NCBI RefSeq assembly: GCF_000143415.4
Contig: NW_003314294.1
Location: 1,044,416-1,108,415, forward strand
Origin: Selaginella moellendorffii
Taxonomy: Eukaryota; Plantae; Lycopodiophyta
Direction: 5' to 3'
Length of the DNA: 64,000 nt
The notes under the pieces were generated by a model. That model had not been told where the DNA came from. It did no database searches and was given only the letters and a program-made list of their open reading frames with translations. The position numbers and the translations under genes were made by a program. Numbering within the stretch: position 1 is the stretch's first letter; each line of letters starts with the position of its first letter. This document shows positions 44,760-58,689 of this stretch, in pieces.

Positions 44760-46150
44760 AAGGACAAGTTGATGTTGCAAAAGTTTGAATTGTGGAATTG
44801 CAATCATTGTCTTTATCAAAAGATCTACTACCATGTTGGCTGTAGAAATGCACTTAAGTTTGATCTCTCCTTGTTCCACGTGTTCTTGAACGAAGTAATG
44901 GAACATCTCAAAATGCTTGTTCCTCTTGTGGTGTATTGGATTTATGATGGATTGAAGACATGCTATGTTGTTGTTGTATACATTCATCAGTGCTTGCATT
45001 TTGAATCCTATATCTCACAGCAAACGGTAAATCCACAATGCTTCTCTGTCACCACATTGTACTCGGCTTCACAAGTTGATAATGCTACCATTTGTTGTTT
45101 GTAATTGTGCCATGACACAACAATATTGGAGAATTTAAATACATACCCGGTTGTTGGATCTGTGATCATCAAGATCCCAAGCTACATTAGAATTTACCAT
45201 TCCATGTGATCATCAAGATCCCGAGCTAAATTAGCATCTACCATTCCATATGGAACCAACATATATGCTCCAATTTCTCCTCCTATCATATCTTTAAACT
45301 TGAGATGGAGTGATGAGGTCTGTGCAACATAGTTGAAAATATGTTCCACTGCATATTAATGTCTCCTCCCCAAGTTTTGCATGAATTGGCATACATGAGA
45401 GACCACTACTGCAATATGTTATATCTGGATGACTTGCTGTTGCGAGGTACATCAATGCTCCAACCACATTTTGATATGGTAGTTGCTCATGGTTTATTAG
45501 CTCTGGAAAGCTTTTGAAATTGTAGTGTGAGGTTGAAGTTATACATGTCATGAAAAATTTGTCATATTCTTTGACAAGGTTAGAAATATACTTGTGTTGG
45601 TGAATCCTCCACCCTGTCACATGAAATTTCAAGACCAAGAAAAAAAGGGAATTTCATCATTTTAAGTCGTTTGATGAGTTGCTCTTTTAGCAATTGTAAA
45701 TTCCATGCCTTCCTGATGATGATGAGATTGTCTATATAGACACAAATAAGTATGATTGATAATTCTTGAACACAATACTAAAGGTTCTAATTAGCTTTTG
45801 CACAGAAAATCCAGAATTTGTTTAAAGTGTTGTACCATATCTTTGAATTGTTGAATTGTTTAAATCCATAAATAGATTGCTGAAGTTTACAAATAAAATG
45901 TTCTTTTCTACGTACTGTAAAACCAGGCTAATGCATATAAATTGGTTGTTCCAATTCTTTGTTCAGAAAAGTATTTTTGACATCTATTTGTAAGATCCAA
46001 ATGACTATAGCAATGATTAGACAAATTGAAACCATTTTAATTACAAGGGAGAAAATGTCGCTATAATCAATCCCTAACTCGCTATTTGTAACCTTTTGCC
46101 ACTTTGTAGCTACTAACTCTTAGCTTTTTCTTGTATACTCTATTATGGAT
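44760..46150 (-). mobile_element. Degenerate Ty1/copia RT-RNaseH remnant
   Basis: PYQNVVGALMYLATASHPDI, HKRNKHFEMFHYFVQEHVE and ISTANMVVDLL fragments; ~45-bp internal duplication at ~45161-45250. Confidence 0.8.
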
Positions 46151-46245
46151 GCCTCTTTTAGAACTCCCAAGGTCTAGGAATTATTTTCCAGTTGAGTATT
46201 GTTTGTATCACTAGTTTCTAGTGAAAACACTATACTCCTAGAAGT

Positions 46246-48355
46246 GTGTAGCGCACGTGGTTTTGACCTTTTATCCTATGGTGATTTACCATAGGATAAC
46301 ACCACGAAGTGGAACCTAAACCCTCTTTGTGCCACGTGACAGATGCCATGTGTCAATGCCACGTGTCCATGCCACGTGTCCACAGGAACCCGAGGTTCAA
46401 GGCCTTGGGCCACTGAACGAAGGAACGGTGCCAAACTCCCAAGCATGAAGTCAAAGAGTGACGGAACCGAACCACGGAGCAACTCCCGAGCATACAGCCC
46501 AAGGAGTGAAGGGACAGGAGCCCGGAGTGACTTGGAACAGTCCTAGAGCAACCAGCATCCCAATGCCAGGACCAGCATGTAAAACGGAGCCAAACGGAGT
46601 CTAGCGCTATTTCGGCATACCGGTGGCCTAACGCGAGGATATGGGTACTCCACCAACTAGCATGGAATGGAACTTGGGCTTAGACCCAAGCTGGACATAG
46701 AACAAGGACAGGCACGCAAGCGGGAGCTAGACTATGCCTCAGGTTGGTCAGCCATGCCCGACCTACCCATTATCCCTACTACAATTTTGGGAACCCCCCA
46801 AAGCCCCCCCCCCCCCCCCCCCCCCTTGAGGAACACACGCTTTGGGCTTTCACCCCAAGCCTCCCTTAGTATCAGGAGTTAGTCTCTGGGACAAGCTCGA
46901 AACTTACTAAATATGGAATGTCCCTAGATTGCGAATTTGGACACGGGACGAACACCATTGTGTTCAGGACGATCTCTACATTCCGTAGATATGCCAAATG
47001 AGCAAATCTGGACACTTTCCATAAATAGCATTTGGGACCGAAATAAGACTAACACAAAGGGCATGATAGCGAGGGTGTTTGGCAGGCCCGGGAAGCTATC
47101 ATGTAGCGATATTGAGGGACTAATCTCAATACCCGAGGGTTCTTGTCCCTAGCAAGGGCAAGACAAAACGAGACGGGAACTCCTTACCGAGCTAAGTATG
47201 CTTAGCTAAAAACCCGTAGGAATTCCGCCCTTATGCCCCCCCGGGCTAAGTACATTCGAAATGCCCAGTTAACTCCACTAGCACAAGAGGGACTGATAAA
47301 GGGTCCAGCAATACCGACCTCCTGCCATCGTGGCAGTAAGGTAAGAGTGTTCGTAAGGACTGGTCGACAGGTAACTTTCGATACCCGAAGTCACATGCGC
47401 GACACTCTCCCCCCCTAGGGAAGATCGACGTCCTTGTCGATGCATACTCGAGTCTAGAATACCGCCAAGGAAACAACTCTAGAAAAAGTTCACGGTACTC
47501 ACACTATGTGAGAAATGCACCAATTTAAATGAGTTAGGGGGCAACCTCTTTGTCTAACGCGGATGCGCTACCAGCTCAGACACCTTCCGGCCGTCGCTGA
47601 CAAAGAAATGACCAACGGAGTTAGCCACCCTTGCTGCTCTGGGAGTCACCCAGCTTACAAAAGTGTGATATGCCCCTGCCCGCAGGAACATAGAGAGAGA
47701 AGCCAAAGGCCCCAACCCTCCTGAGCAAAGAAACCAAACCCGTCGGCACGAAGTGCCGAAGCTAGTCTGCCTATACTGGCCCAAACTCAAAGATCAATAG
47801 ATGGACAATATCAAAGTCATAGACAATGATATCTTATAAGCTTAATTATCAGTGATTATATCTTAGAGTAGAACACAAAAGTATTCCAAGTAAGTTATCA
47901 TCCGATAAACCAGTATTATAGTAGATAGGAACCACCAACATCATCATAATTGGTAAACATAGGAATCACCATCCAACAAAACTCAATAGCAAGTGTATCA
48001 TCGAGAAAACTCAATGATAAAACTTAACTACTGAAGATGGCATACAGTATGCTAAACAACTTACGAAAAATAACTCAAAGAACACAAGGTATCATTGACT
48101 AGCAAGCACAATGCTTGCGAATGTATCACCCGAAAGTAATAACATCCCAACCTATCAGAACTAACTTGAGCAATAATCAACAGAACAAAATGAATGTTGC
48201 AAGACCAACAAACACTCGTTCATGCCAACTATCACAAAAGCCAATCTGAACAGATCTCGGTCAACAATACCAAGGAATTAGAGTTGCTCAAGCAAGTGTT
48301 AGCAACATCCTACCAATGTCTCAAACCCAAGAGACCAATCCAAAGCAAACCACAA
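46246..48355 (-). mobile_element. LTR and 3' internal part of a degenerate LTR element that continues at 55936-~58100
   Basis: PPT GGGGGGGAGAG followed by TGTCG on the - strand at ~47400-47415; contiguous in the inverted paralog at 10.0-11.2 kb, but here split by the 48356-55935 insertion; outer boundaries approximate. Confidence 0.6.
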
Positions 48356-49119
48356 ACAACACCGTGGCCTTACGCGAGCCACCTGGGTACTTTCTGCCCC
48401 TGGCCGTGTTTGCCAACACTGCCACTGGATCGAGACCCACAGGCCCGACCACTAAGTCCCACGGTCCTCTGGGACTTCCTCACCACACGACTGTGTCCTT
48501 GGTCACTACCCCAGAGGACTGCTCCTCTTCCTTTCCACAGTCTGGGCCTTTGGGACAACATTTCGGAACGCCTAAGTTCATGTTTTCCCTTTGTAAGGAT
48601 CAACCTGGCTCATTCTTGACCTCTGCGTGGGTTTTCTTGTCAGGCAAAATGCTGCTGCGTGGACCATTGCTTGGATCTCGTAAAGCTGTGAGGTAAGGTT
48701 ATTTATTTTTATATTACAGGCTCGTCCAAAACTCGATGTAAGAGATACCGATTCTTTATTGGATCAACGACTGGGAGCATCGGGTATGAGCGGGTTCCGT
48801 TGAGCCACACCAGGTATCCAAGTAGGTAGTGCCACCCACACTTGGACTGGGAGCATCGGCCAGTCGATCTCCCGGGGGAACTAGAGCCGGCTCTTGAACA
48901 CTTCACCAAGCTACCCCGCTTGTCGGTCTGTGTTCACTCTAGTCTTGGACTTCCCAGTGGGCAGCTCATCACCCAACACTGGGTCCGGCCTTCCTGGGCC
49001 AAACTGGCCTTTCCTGGCCAAACTGGCTCCACTGCAGTCCTCCCCCTACTATACTTTTGGAGCTCACCAAACCCCCCAGGGTCTGGGAGACGAACGCTTT
49101 GGGCTTTCACCCTCTCAGG

Positions 49120-49740
49120 CTCCGGACTCGGACTCGGACTCGGACTCGGACTCGGACTCGGATTCGGACTCGGACTCGGGCTCGGGCTCGGTCTTGGCCT
49201 CAGCCTCGGTCTCGGTCTCGGTCCCGATCTCGGTCTCGGTCTCGGTCCTAGTCTCGGTCCCGGTCTCGGTCTCGACTTCGGACTCCATCTCGGACTCCAT
49301 CTCAGACTCCATCTCGGGTCCATCTCGGACTCCATTTCGGGTCCATCTCGGACTCCATCTCGGACTCCATCTCGGGTCCATCTCGGACTCCATCTCAGAC
49401 TCCATTTCGGGTCCATCTCGGGTCCACCTCGGACTCCATCTCGGACTCCATCTCGGACTCCATCTCGGGTCCATCTCGGGCTCCATCTCGGACTCCATCT
49501 CGGGTCCATCTCGGGTCCATCTCGGACTCCACTTCGGACTCCAACTCGGGTCCATCTCGGACTCCACTTCGGACTCCAACTCGGGTCCATCTCGGACTCC
49601 ACTTCGGACTCCAACTCGAGTCCATCTCGGACTCCACTTCGGACTCCAACTCGAGTCCATCTCGGACACTACTTCGGACTCCAACTCGAGTCCATCTCGG
49701 ATACTACTTCGGACTCCAACTCGAGTCCATCTCGGACACT
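49120..49740. repeat. GGACTC hexamer and derived 12-mer (GGACTCCATCTC-type) tandem array inside the LTR
   Basis: Directly visible; produces stop-free ORFs in most frames. Confidence 0.95.
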
Positions 49741-52700
49741 TCCACGTGTCATGTGTTGGTCCTTTTGGGTCCCTTTTTGGAGCCTCGCTTTTTGCTCGCT
49801 TCGTGCTCGTTCCTCTTGCAGTTCGTTGGGAGTTCCACTCCCGCTCTTGACTTTTCAAGTCGGAGCTTTTGGTCCAAACGTGTTACGCTCGTTTGGCTCT
49901 CGCTTCAGCCACTACCACGTGGCACCCTTTCCGGCTCCACTTTGGGGCCTAGGGATTTTGTGTCTCACAACTCCACCACCTATAGACGAAGTTCGATGTC
50001 CTCATCGAACGGTAAACCATTTTGTAAAGTAACACTCGCATGTGTTACCATTTCCATCTTTGGCACCTAGCCAATATTTATCAATGGTTTGACATTGAAG
50101 GCTCACCATGCCTTTTGCATATGCCTCAATGGTTTGACACCAAAGGCTCACCATGCCTTGCCTATCCTCTAAGGAGGGTGGTCTCTCCAACTTAGAGACT
50201 GATTGGACCACATATAGTGGTTCTCTCCTTTTATTGGTTTAGTTCTTGCTAAACCTCTTAGAGACCCTTATCTAAGTCAATCCCACTACTCCTTCTCGAG
50301 TAGTCTCAATTTCCATCGATATAACCTTTGCACTTTGGAACTTTGAATTTTGACTTCTTGGAGTCAATTTCCTAGGTGTCTTCGACACCTTGCCTTGCAC
50401 CTTTTGTGCAACTCCACTTCCCATCCTAGGAAGTTCTCTACTCGAGGGCACCATCATCCTCTCTTCTATTTCGTGCCAAAGTTCCAGTTATCATACTTTG
50501 TGCTAGGGCTGTTCATGGCCCTATCATTTGGCTACCTTACCGCTCCCTCCCTTGGAGCTTCCACTTTCGCCAAATCGGAGCATTTCGGAATCCTTCCTTG
50601 GAAACACACTTCCTTTCCCGCAACTTGTTAGCGTCCAACACATTAGTGTTCCTCGCCTAACTTTGTCACTTGGATTCCTTCCAAGGGATTCCACGGCCCT
50701 ATCTTGGCCACTCATCTTTTGCTCCTATCCGTTGATTGTTGCACCAAGCAACATTGAATCCCTACCTCCCTCCTTGAGGTATTGTTTCGGTTCCATAGCA
50801 AAGACTCTTCTTTGCCAAGTCCGGAGGATGTTCACCCCTAGTACGTCTCTTTAGCATCTTCTGCTATGGGCTCTATCCACGGCCCAACTTCATGACCCTC
50901 CCATGGGTCTTTTATAGAGACTATTTTCCTCGGACTCACTATGCCATCGCACGGACATAGTTTATTTCCCTTAGGTGCTCTTCCCACTTGGTTATCACGA
51001 CCAAGCCACACCACCTTAAACAGTTCAATTTCAACATTTTGAACCAGGAACTTCATTCCTTAGCCAACCAAGGACCTTGTCCTTATCTGGCCATAAGATC
51101 ACCTAGTGATTTCACCTTGGCACCTTAACAGAGTTGCTAAGAGGTACTTGGTTTTCTAGACCTTCAAGTTGTTGACTATAACCCCAGGGGCATCCCCCAC
51201 ACTTGGCGGTGCACCCAAGCCAGCCCTTACGGCCAAGGGTTCATAGCAACTGAGATTAGGTGTCCCCATCTCACTCACCACGACCTTGGTGCCACTTGCA
51301 CCAAAGCGTTCAAGTTAGATATGCTGAGCTTTCACACTAAGCAATCTAACCGTGCATCACGACTCCGAGGCATCCCTCGCTTGGCGGTGTGCCCAAACCA
51401 ATCTCCCCACTGAGAGTCCATGACCACCGAAATATGAGTGTCCTCATATTCCAAACCATCACCACGCCCTAGTGATTTGGGACTCGAACCCAAGCACTAG
51501 AGGGTCGGGACTCGAACCCAACCTCCGTATATGCATCTACGGACGGCATCACACAAGATGCCTGGCGTGACTCCCCACGCCGGTGCACCAACTTATTTTT
51601 ATTTTTAAAGCGCGCTACAGATCACAGCTTAGGAACCTAGTTCCTCCACACTGCCAAGTCCTCTCACTTGACATGTCCATGATCATGCATGGGCTCCTCC
51701 ATGCTTGGCCCCATGGCCCACCCTTTTTGAAGTTATCACCTTCAACTAGGGTATTTGTTCCCCCGACGTGCCAATCTCGCTTGGCAAGTCCTCTGACCAC
51801 TGTAACATGGTTCCTGCATAAGCGTGAAAGTCCTTGACCATCGACTTTCGTTCAAAGCCCTCTCCTTGAACACTCGGGAACTACTTCCCTAACCTTGATA
51901 GCCTTGCCTCATGGCAAGCTTCAAAACCACGCTTCTGCTGCGCCACTCTGATTTCGCGCGTTCCATGAACCATTTACACTTGGCCTTTCTAGGTACTAAG
52001 CTACCTAGAATCGTCTTTGGGAACCTTGAAGGAACTCTGTCCCTCAGCTTGCTAAGGCTTCCCTTTTTGCAAGCCTTCCAAATGCCACATAGTCTAACAT
52101 GGACAATTCCATATTTTAGACTTTCCATGGCATCACGGTTGCTAGTGGCAACACCCTCGAGCCCCCACTTGATTCTCCACTCCCAGCTGGCATAACCAAC
52201 CTTGGTTATGCCCTTTGATTCCTACGGTTCGGTTCTATCCCCTTACTTCTTGCTTTTTGGCTTCACACCTTTCCTTTGGTCATTCTCCTCCAGACCAGAA
52301 GGATAGCTTTGCACTTTCTATCATGCTTTAGCAAGTATTCTTAGGGATGAACCTACCCAATAGCCTAGGGAGTGGTTCTTCAATCCGGGTATGCTCACCT
52401 TATAATCCCACACACTGGGATTACATTGTTGCTTATGGGCCTTTACATGCCCATCACTAGCCTTGCCAAAATTCCATTTTTGGCTTTGTCCAACTCGGGT
52501 AGACAGTCCTCTCCTGTCTCCGCAACCTTGAACATTTGGATAGCACCTTCTATCCATCATTCGCTAGGGACTTAGTCCCTTGGGCTTTATCCATTGCCCT
52601 CGCGACATCAAACACCACCTTCTGGTGTTCTAGAGTGTTCGGGTGTCCCAATGATGGCTTTCTTGACAATGAGTATTTCCTTTTATGACATTGACTTACT

Positions 52701-55073
52701 ATATCGCAACACAAGCAACTTATCCCCCGTAAGGGTATATCCAACTTCCCTATGCTATTAAGAAGTCTTGGGTAGCTACCTTCTACCCGTTTAACCAGTT
52801 ATTTTGCATCTCTTGCTTAGTTGCCTCATAATTGTCAAGTCCTACAACTCATTGCTTGGTGCTTTCACACCTCCATCATTATCTGGGTCACCACACTCCA
52901 ACTGCATGCTCTGCAACTTAGGCTATGCTATTCCCATTTCCATTGGGATTCCTTTGGCAAGGGGTTCTCATGAACCCACCAATATAGCCTCAAGGTATCA
53001 CACCTTGGCATATTTGGTGTCTCCACACCATCGGCTCCACGAGCCTACCTCTATGACATTTCCCCTTCGTGTCTAAGTCTTTGCCAAGACCAACACCGCT
53101 CTTTCTCATGCCAACCATCCGTTAGCACTGCACTATAGAGGTCACACACAACTTTATGTCAAAGTTGTTTTCTTCTGGGAACACCTTTCCCATAACTTTA
53201 GCATGGCACATTTTGCCATCGAGGAGATACCCTCTGTTCTCATCCTTGGATCCTATGATCCCCCCCCATCCTTTGTGGGGTACAACACACCTCAGTCCAA
53301 ATGCTTCCATCAGTCCTTTTAGGACCATCCGTTGACTCTACTTGAGTCATCCAGCAGTTTTGGACTTGGTTAATCCACAGACCCGTAAGGTTCTACTTGT
53401 GAGGCACTAGCTCACTGGAATACACTTCTTGCATTCCTGTCCTACTCAAAAGGACTATTTTCACAAGTGTTACTCCGACACTTGATTTTGTTCTCTGGGG
53501 GCCACCTTTGCCCCTGAGGACTACTTGTCCATGTGATGAGAACACCAACTCATCCACTTAATACACCCCCAACTCCTTGGGTTGTTCCAGCATTTATTAG
53601 AGGTAGCCCCGGCTACCTTTTCAAGGACTTGAGTCCTCTTCCGTATTTGACCTCCCACGGTCATTACTTCTTGTCTCACATTCATGAGCACCAACATCAA
53701 CTATATGAGGAAAATCTTGTGACTCCTTTATTGCTTTGGAGTTTTTATCTTTCCCGTGATCCCAACTGTAGTTGTTTACCACAACTACATTAGCCAGTTT
53801 GCTAAGTCAAACGCTCATCTGGATCACATCCTCAACTCTTTGAGGAAAACCATATACTGTTCCCAAGATCCCAAAGTCGTTCCATTATTGGCCCTTTTCT
53901 ATCCACCACCTTGTCTACAAGTTCACACATGAACTGTAATGGAGAGCCATATCTTCCCGACCTGCTACTCCTCAAGGATAGGCCCACTTCTCGGACCTTC
54001 CGTTGCCAACACCAGTGGTGATATACTTGAGCACCAATAAAAGTCGGACTAAGGAACAGCTCCGATACCAAATTGTAAGCGACTAAATTTTCCATTCTAC
54101 TTTAGTCACTTAACCACACCTCTGACCACTTGGAGAAGTCTCATTCACAACCTCCATAAGTCCAATCTAGGACTTGGGACTTGCTAGCCCCGAGAATGGC
54201 ATCCATGCCACTCAACATTTGCACTTGGTCCAAGTGCTCCACATGTCCGATCCCATGACCGACACTCAAAGGTACCACCGACATAACAGCCCGTTACGCT
54301 AAGGCCATGCCCAATCACCTTTGCCACACTGGTAGTCCAATACCACTTGCATCACCGTCTTGGCTCTCCAAGACTAGGCAAACCATCCGTGAGTGGTCAT
54401 CTCAGATCCACTCCTTAGCATCCTTAGGATGCCCACCGACAAGGGGAATAGCCTTCCCCAATATCCCTCTGTCAGTCCCCACTAAGTCCCTTTCTGCCCC
54501 TGGCCGTGTTTGCCAACACTGCCACTGGATCGAGACCCACAGGCCCGACCACTAAGTCCCACGGTCCTCTGGGACTTCCTCACCACACGACTGTGTCCTT
54601 GGTCACTACCCCAGAGGACTGCTCCTCTTCCTTTCCATAGTCTGGGCCTTTGGGACAATATTTCGGAACACCGTGGCCTTACGCGAGCCACCTGGGTACT
54701 CTCCTCGCCTTCTGCCCTTGGGTGCTCTAGCCATGGGCTTAGAGCGGGTTCCGTTGAGCCACACCAGGTATCCAAGTAGGTAGTGCCACCCACACTTGGA
54801 CTGGGAGCATCGGCTAGTCGATCTCCCGGGGGAACTAGAGCCGGCTCTTGAACACTTCACCAAGCTACCCCGCTTGTTGGTCTGTGTTCACTCTAGTCTT
54901 GGACTTCCCAGTGGGCAGCTCATCACCCAACACTGGGTCCGGCCTTCCTGGGCCAAACTGGCCTTTCCTGGCCAAACTGGCTCCACTGCAGTCCTCCCCC
55001 TACTATACTTTTGGAGCTCACCAAACCCCCCAGGGTCTGGGAGACGAACGCTTTGGGCTTTCACCCTCTCAGG

Positions 55074-55706
55074 CTCCGGACTCGGACTCGGACTCGGACT
55101 CGGACTCGGACTCGGATTCGGACTCGGACTCGGGCTCGGGCTCGGTCTTGGCCTCAGCCTCGGTCTCGGTCTCGGTCCCGATCTCGGTCTCGGTCTCGGT
55201 CCCAGTCTCGGTCCCGGTCTCGGTCTCGACTTCGGACTCCATCTCGGACTCCATCTCAGACTCCATCTCGGGTCCATCTCGGACTCCATTTCGGGTCCAT
55301 CTCGGACTCCATCTCGGACTCCATCTCGGACTCCATCTCGGGTCCATCTCGGACTCCATCTCAGACTCCATTTCGGGTCCATCTCGGGTCCACCTCGGAC
55401 TCCATCTCGGACTCCATCTCGGACTCCATCTCGGGTCCATCTCGGGCTCCATCTCGGACTCCATCTCGGGTCCATCTCGGGTCCATCTCGGACTCCACTT
55501 CGGACTCCAACTCGGGTCCATCTCGGACTCCACTTCGGACTCCAACTCGGGTCCATCTCGGACTCCACTTCGGACTCCAACTCGAGTCCATCTCGGACTC
55601 CACTTCGGACTCCAACTCGAGTCCATCTCGGACACTACTTCGGACTCCAACTCGAGTCCATCTCGGATACTACTTCGGACTCCAACTCGAGTCCATCTCG
55701 GACACT
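55074..55706. repeat. Second copy of the LTR tandem array, one 12-bp unit longer
   Basis: Directly visible; the equivalent ORFs are 4 aa longer (322 vs 318; 251 vs 247). Confidence 0.95.
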
Positions 55707-58689
55707 TCCACGTGTCATGTGTTGGTCCTTTTGGGTCCCTTTTTGGAGCCTCGCTTTTTGCTCGCTTCGTGCTCGTTCCTCTTGCAGTTCGTTGGGAGTT
55801 CCACTCCCGCTCTTGACTTTTCAAGTCGGAGCTTTTGGTCCAAACGTGTTACGCTCGTTTGGCTCTCACTTCAGCCACTACCACGTGGCACCCTTTCCGG
55901 CTCCACTTTGGGGCCTAGGGATTTTGTGTCTCACAATGTGGTATTGCAAAAAGCCATAAGCTATCAAAGAAAACAACTAACCATCATGAAAGAGCATCAA
56001 CCATCCTATCAATAGAAAAATGCATAATCATCATCGAAGAAAGAATCTACTATTCCGAAGAATAGCAAATCATTCTATACCAACAATAATCAAGCAAAAC
56101 CCTTGACAAGGATAATCAACTATCTTAGATGATAGTCAATCATCACCAATGATTGCTAGATGCAAAGACTAACATCAACATTGAAGCTAATGAGCCAAAA
56201 TGCCTTCCCCCAACAACTCCTAACAAATGAAACAATGAGCATGAAAACTCAAATAACCAAAAGCTCGAAGAAGTCTATAGCCAAGTCTTGCCTAATAATG
56301 ATCACAAGTCTCGCATGGACTAACGTCAATGCTAAAGAAGAAATCATGGTACAACCCACAATATCCTCCTCAACACATCTATAAGCTAAACTTCATAATG
56401 CAAAGCTAATGAAGAGCATATCTGCATCAATCCAAAAGCTAAGCATAACAAAGCTATGCTCAACAAGTGATCATCAAACGATCCGCCATGAATCCATCTA
56501 TAGCAAGACGTAACTCACATCATAACAAGCACAAGAAGAATCATCAAATGATCGATATATTCCAACTCAAATCCAATAAGGATTCAAATATTCCAATATC
56601 AATCACTAACTCTTCCACTTGTAGAGTTAGCATAGTCCATGACTAAACCACTTTTCAAGGAAAAGCTCAAAGCTCAACCCCTACTAAATAATCTCGTCTA
56701 GGACATAACTAACTCAAACTTGCCATTCAGTTCATTTGAACGTCAACATAGTTGCTAACTAGCAAATGCACGAATGCTAATAACACAAAGCTATAGCCAA
56801 ATCATCGACACTATCTTCATCAAAACTAATGAAACTCGACATCAATCTTGTGGAGAGACATCTCATTTCACTAAAATCTCAACATCAACAATGTCAACGA
56901 CAAGGCATCACTTCAATGCCATCAACACTAGAACAAAGCTAGAAGAAAGCACAAGTGTATCACCACTCAAAACTCTCTAGCAACCAAGCTAACCAAAGTC
57001 GGAGATACTTTACTTAGTATCCGAGACCAATCTCTCAACAATACTCAGATACAGATAACACTTCCTCAAGGAGTGAATCACCACGTCCATGACTCAATGA
57101 AATCCAACACTATGAACTAAATGCAACCAAATGATATCAACAGAGGTAGAGTCGACATGCCAACATGGAAAACCCATGTAAGTCTAACGACACAATCCTC
57201 CGCAACCCTATCCGGTAAAGCAAACCCATCACTGATAAATCTTCATCGAGTGAAGCAAGTGTCAACAATCCTTGACAAAGTCTACAAGCAATCACTAGTC
57301 GCAAAGCAACTAACAATCACCCCTCAACTTGCCTTCACAAGACTCAAACACTAAACTCATGCCATCGAGTCATATACTTGTCCAACATGAACGTGATACC
57401 CCAGGTCGAGATAAACGTTCATGGACAAGCATAAACTAAATGACCACTCGACTTCAACTCAACCGCAATAAGCTCACTAATGCATTTAGCCAACAGCTCC
57501 GAGTATGCCTTGAAGAGGCTAGCTACACATGATCAACACTAAGTCGAAACTCAAGTGAAGACCATGAGATGGACTCATGTTGGTACACAACCTCCTCATA
57601 GACAAAGCTATAGTACAGGTACTAACATCTCAAACTTAAACAACTAAGTTGAACATCACCATCCTTAGCCAAGGCGCAGGGTCACCAAGACCAAGTCAAG
57701 ATTAGTGAGAGCTCACTACTCTCATAGAGTCTAACGAAATGCAAAGTGCAACCTGCCACCAAGCATAACGCTACAAAAGAAAGGCACGAGGGTCACCTTT
57801 CTAGAAAAGTGCAACAGCCACTTTTCTACATTAACTCCAGACTCTATCCAACTCAATTGCCTTAGCCCCAAAAGTTAGCATCCCTTTCGGGCCGCATCAT
57901 ACAAACTATCTACTAAGGTCTAAGCCAACCAAAGTCAATTCCAACCCTTTCACTAGTTTATACTGGCTTACGAAAACGGAATGGTTTTCGGCAAAGTGAT
58001 AACAGATCAGCCATTGGAAAAGTCTAAGAAAATTTGTGGAAAATTTTCCATCCTAGAGAAAGATGGCTCTTAGTCCAGGAATGCAAACTTTCAAGACTCA
58101 ACCAACTTCCTCCTACTTAACAACTTCACATAGGCTCACCTCAACACAAATTCTCATGACCCATAGTATGCTCTATTTCGTTAAAGTGGGATTTATTCAG
58201 TAAAATGGGACTAGGTACAAATTTTCAAGTATTTGAAAATGACGTGAAATTATATGTTTTTTGTCCAGGGGCTAGACATATCTGGGGCATGGTGACTAGC
58301 GCGGTGACTTTATGTCCAGACTGAGTCCATTTGGTTGTATAATAAATCTCATTGTCAAGGTGAACAAGCCGAATCTGAAACTAAAGAAGAGCGATAGCAT
58401 GCGCGCACACACTATTTGTTTGTTCATTGAGCGTGTGGTGAGCTTTCCAAGATGAACGTCATTCCTATTAGCCAGACATATAACTTAATGGTGAGAACAT
58501 TTAGATATTATTCAATGTTATCTTTTTCTAACGAATCTAATTGTGAAGGTGTAGCAAGAGGCATTGCTAGTCTAGAGAAGTCATTTAACTCATTTGACCC
58601 TTAGTGTATTTTCATGAAACTAAATAACATTCATATTATTAAGGAATTTCTCTAGTACCTTTTTTTTACGACATAGAGGCTTGCATTTC

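Larger units (their letters stand above)
48356..55935 (-). mobile_element. Nested degenerate or non-autonomous LTR retrotransposon with large satellite-containing LTRs
   Basis: 5' LTR 54074-55935 (TG..CA), PBS TGGTATCGGAGC at ~54059-54070 (-), PPT AGGTGGTGGAGT at 49970-49981 (-), 3' LTR ~48356-49969 nearly identical over 48789-49969; no long internal ORF. Confidence 0.82.

Noticed and set aside
46804-46825. Poly-C run
   Set aside because: Simple homopolymer in an LTR; length is unreliable and there is no evidence of function.
48842-50032. Long overlapping ORFs on both strands (also at 54796-56015)
   Set aside because: Artefacts of a stop-free GGACTC-derived satellite within LTRs; no protein-like complexity.
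49120-55706. Possible CRISPR-like array
   Set aside because: Units are contiguous tandem repeats without unique spacers, the context is eukaryotic, and there are no cas genes.
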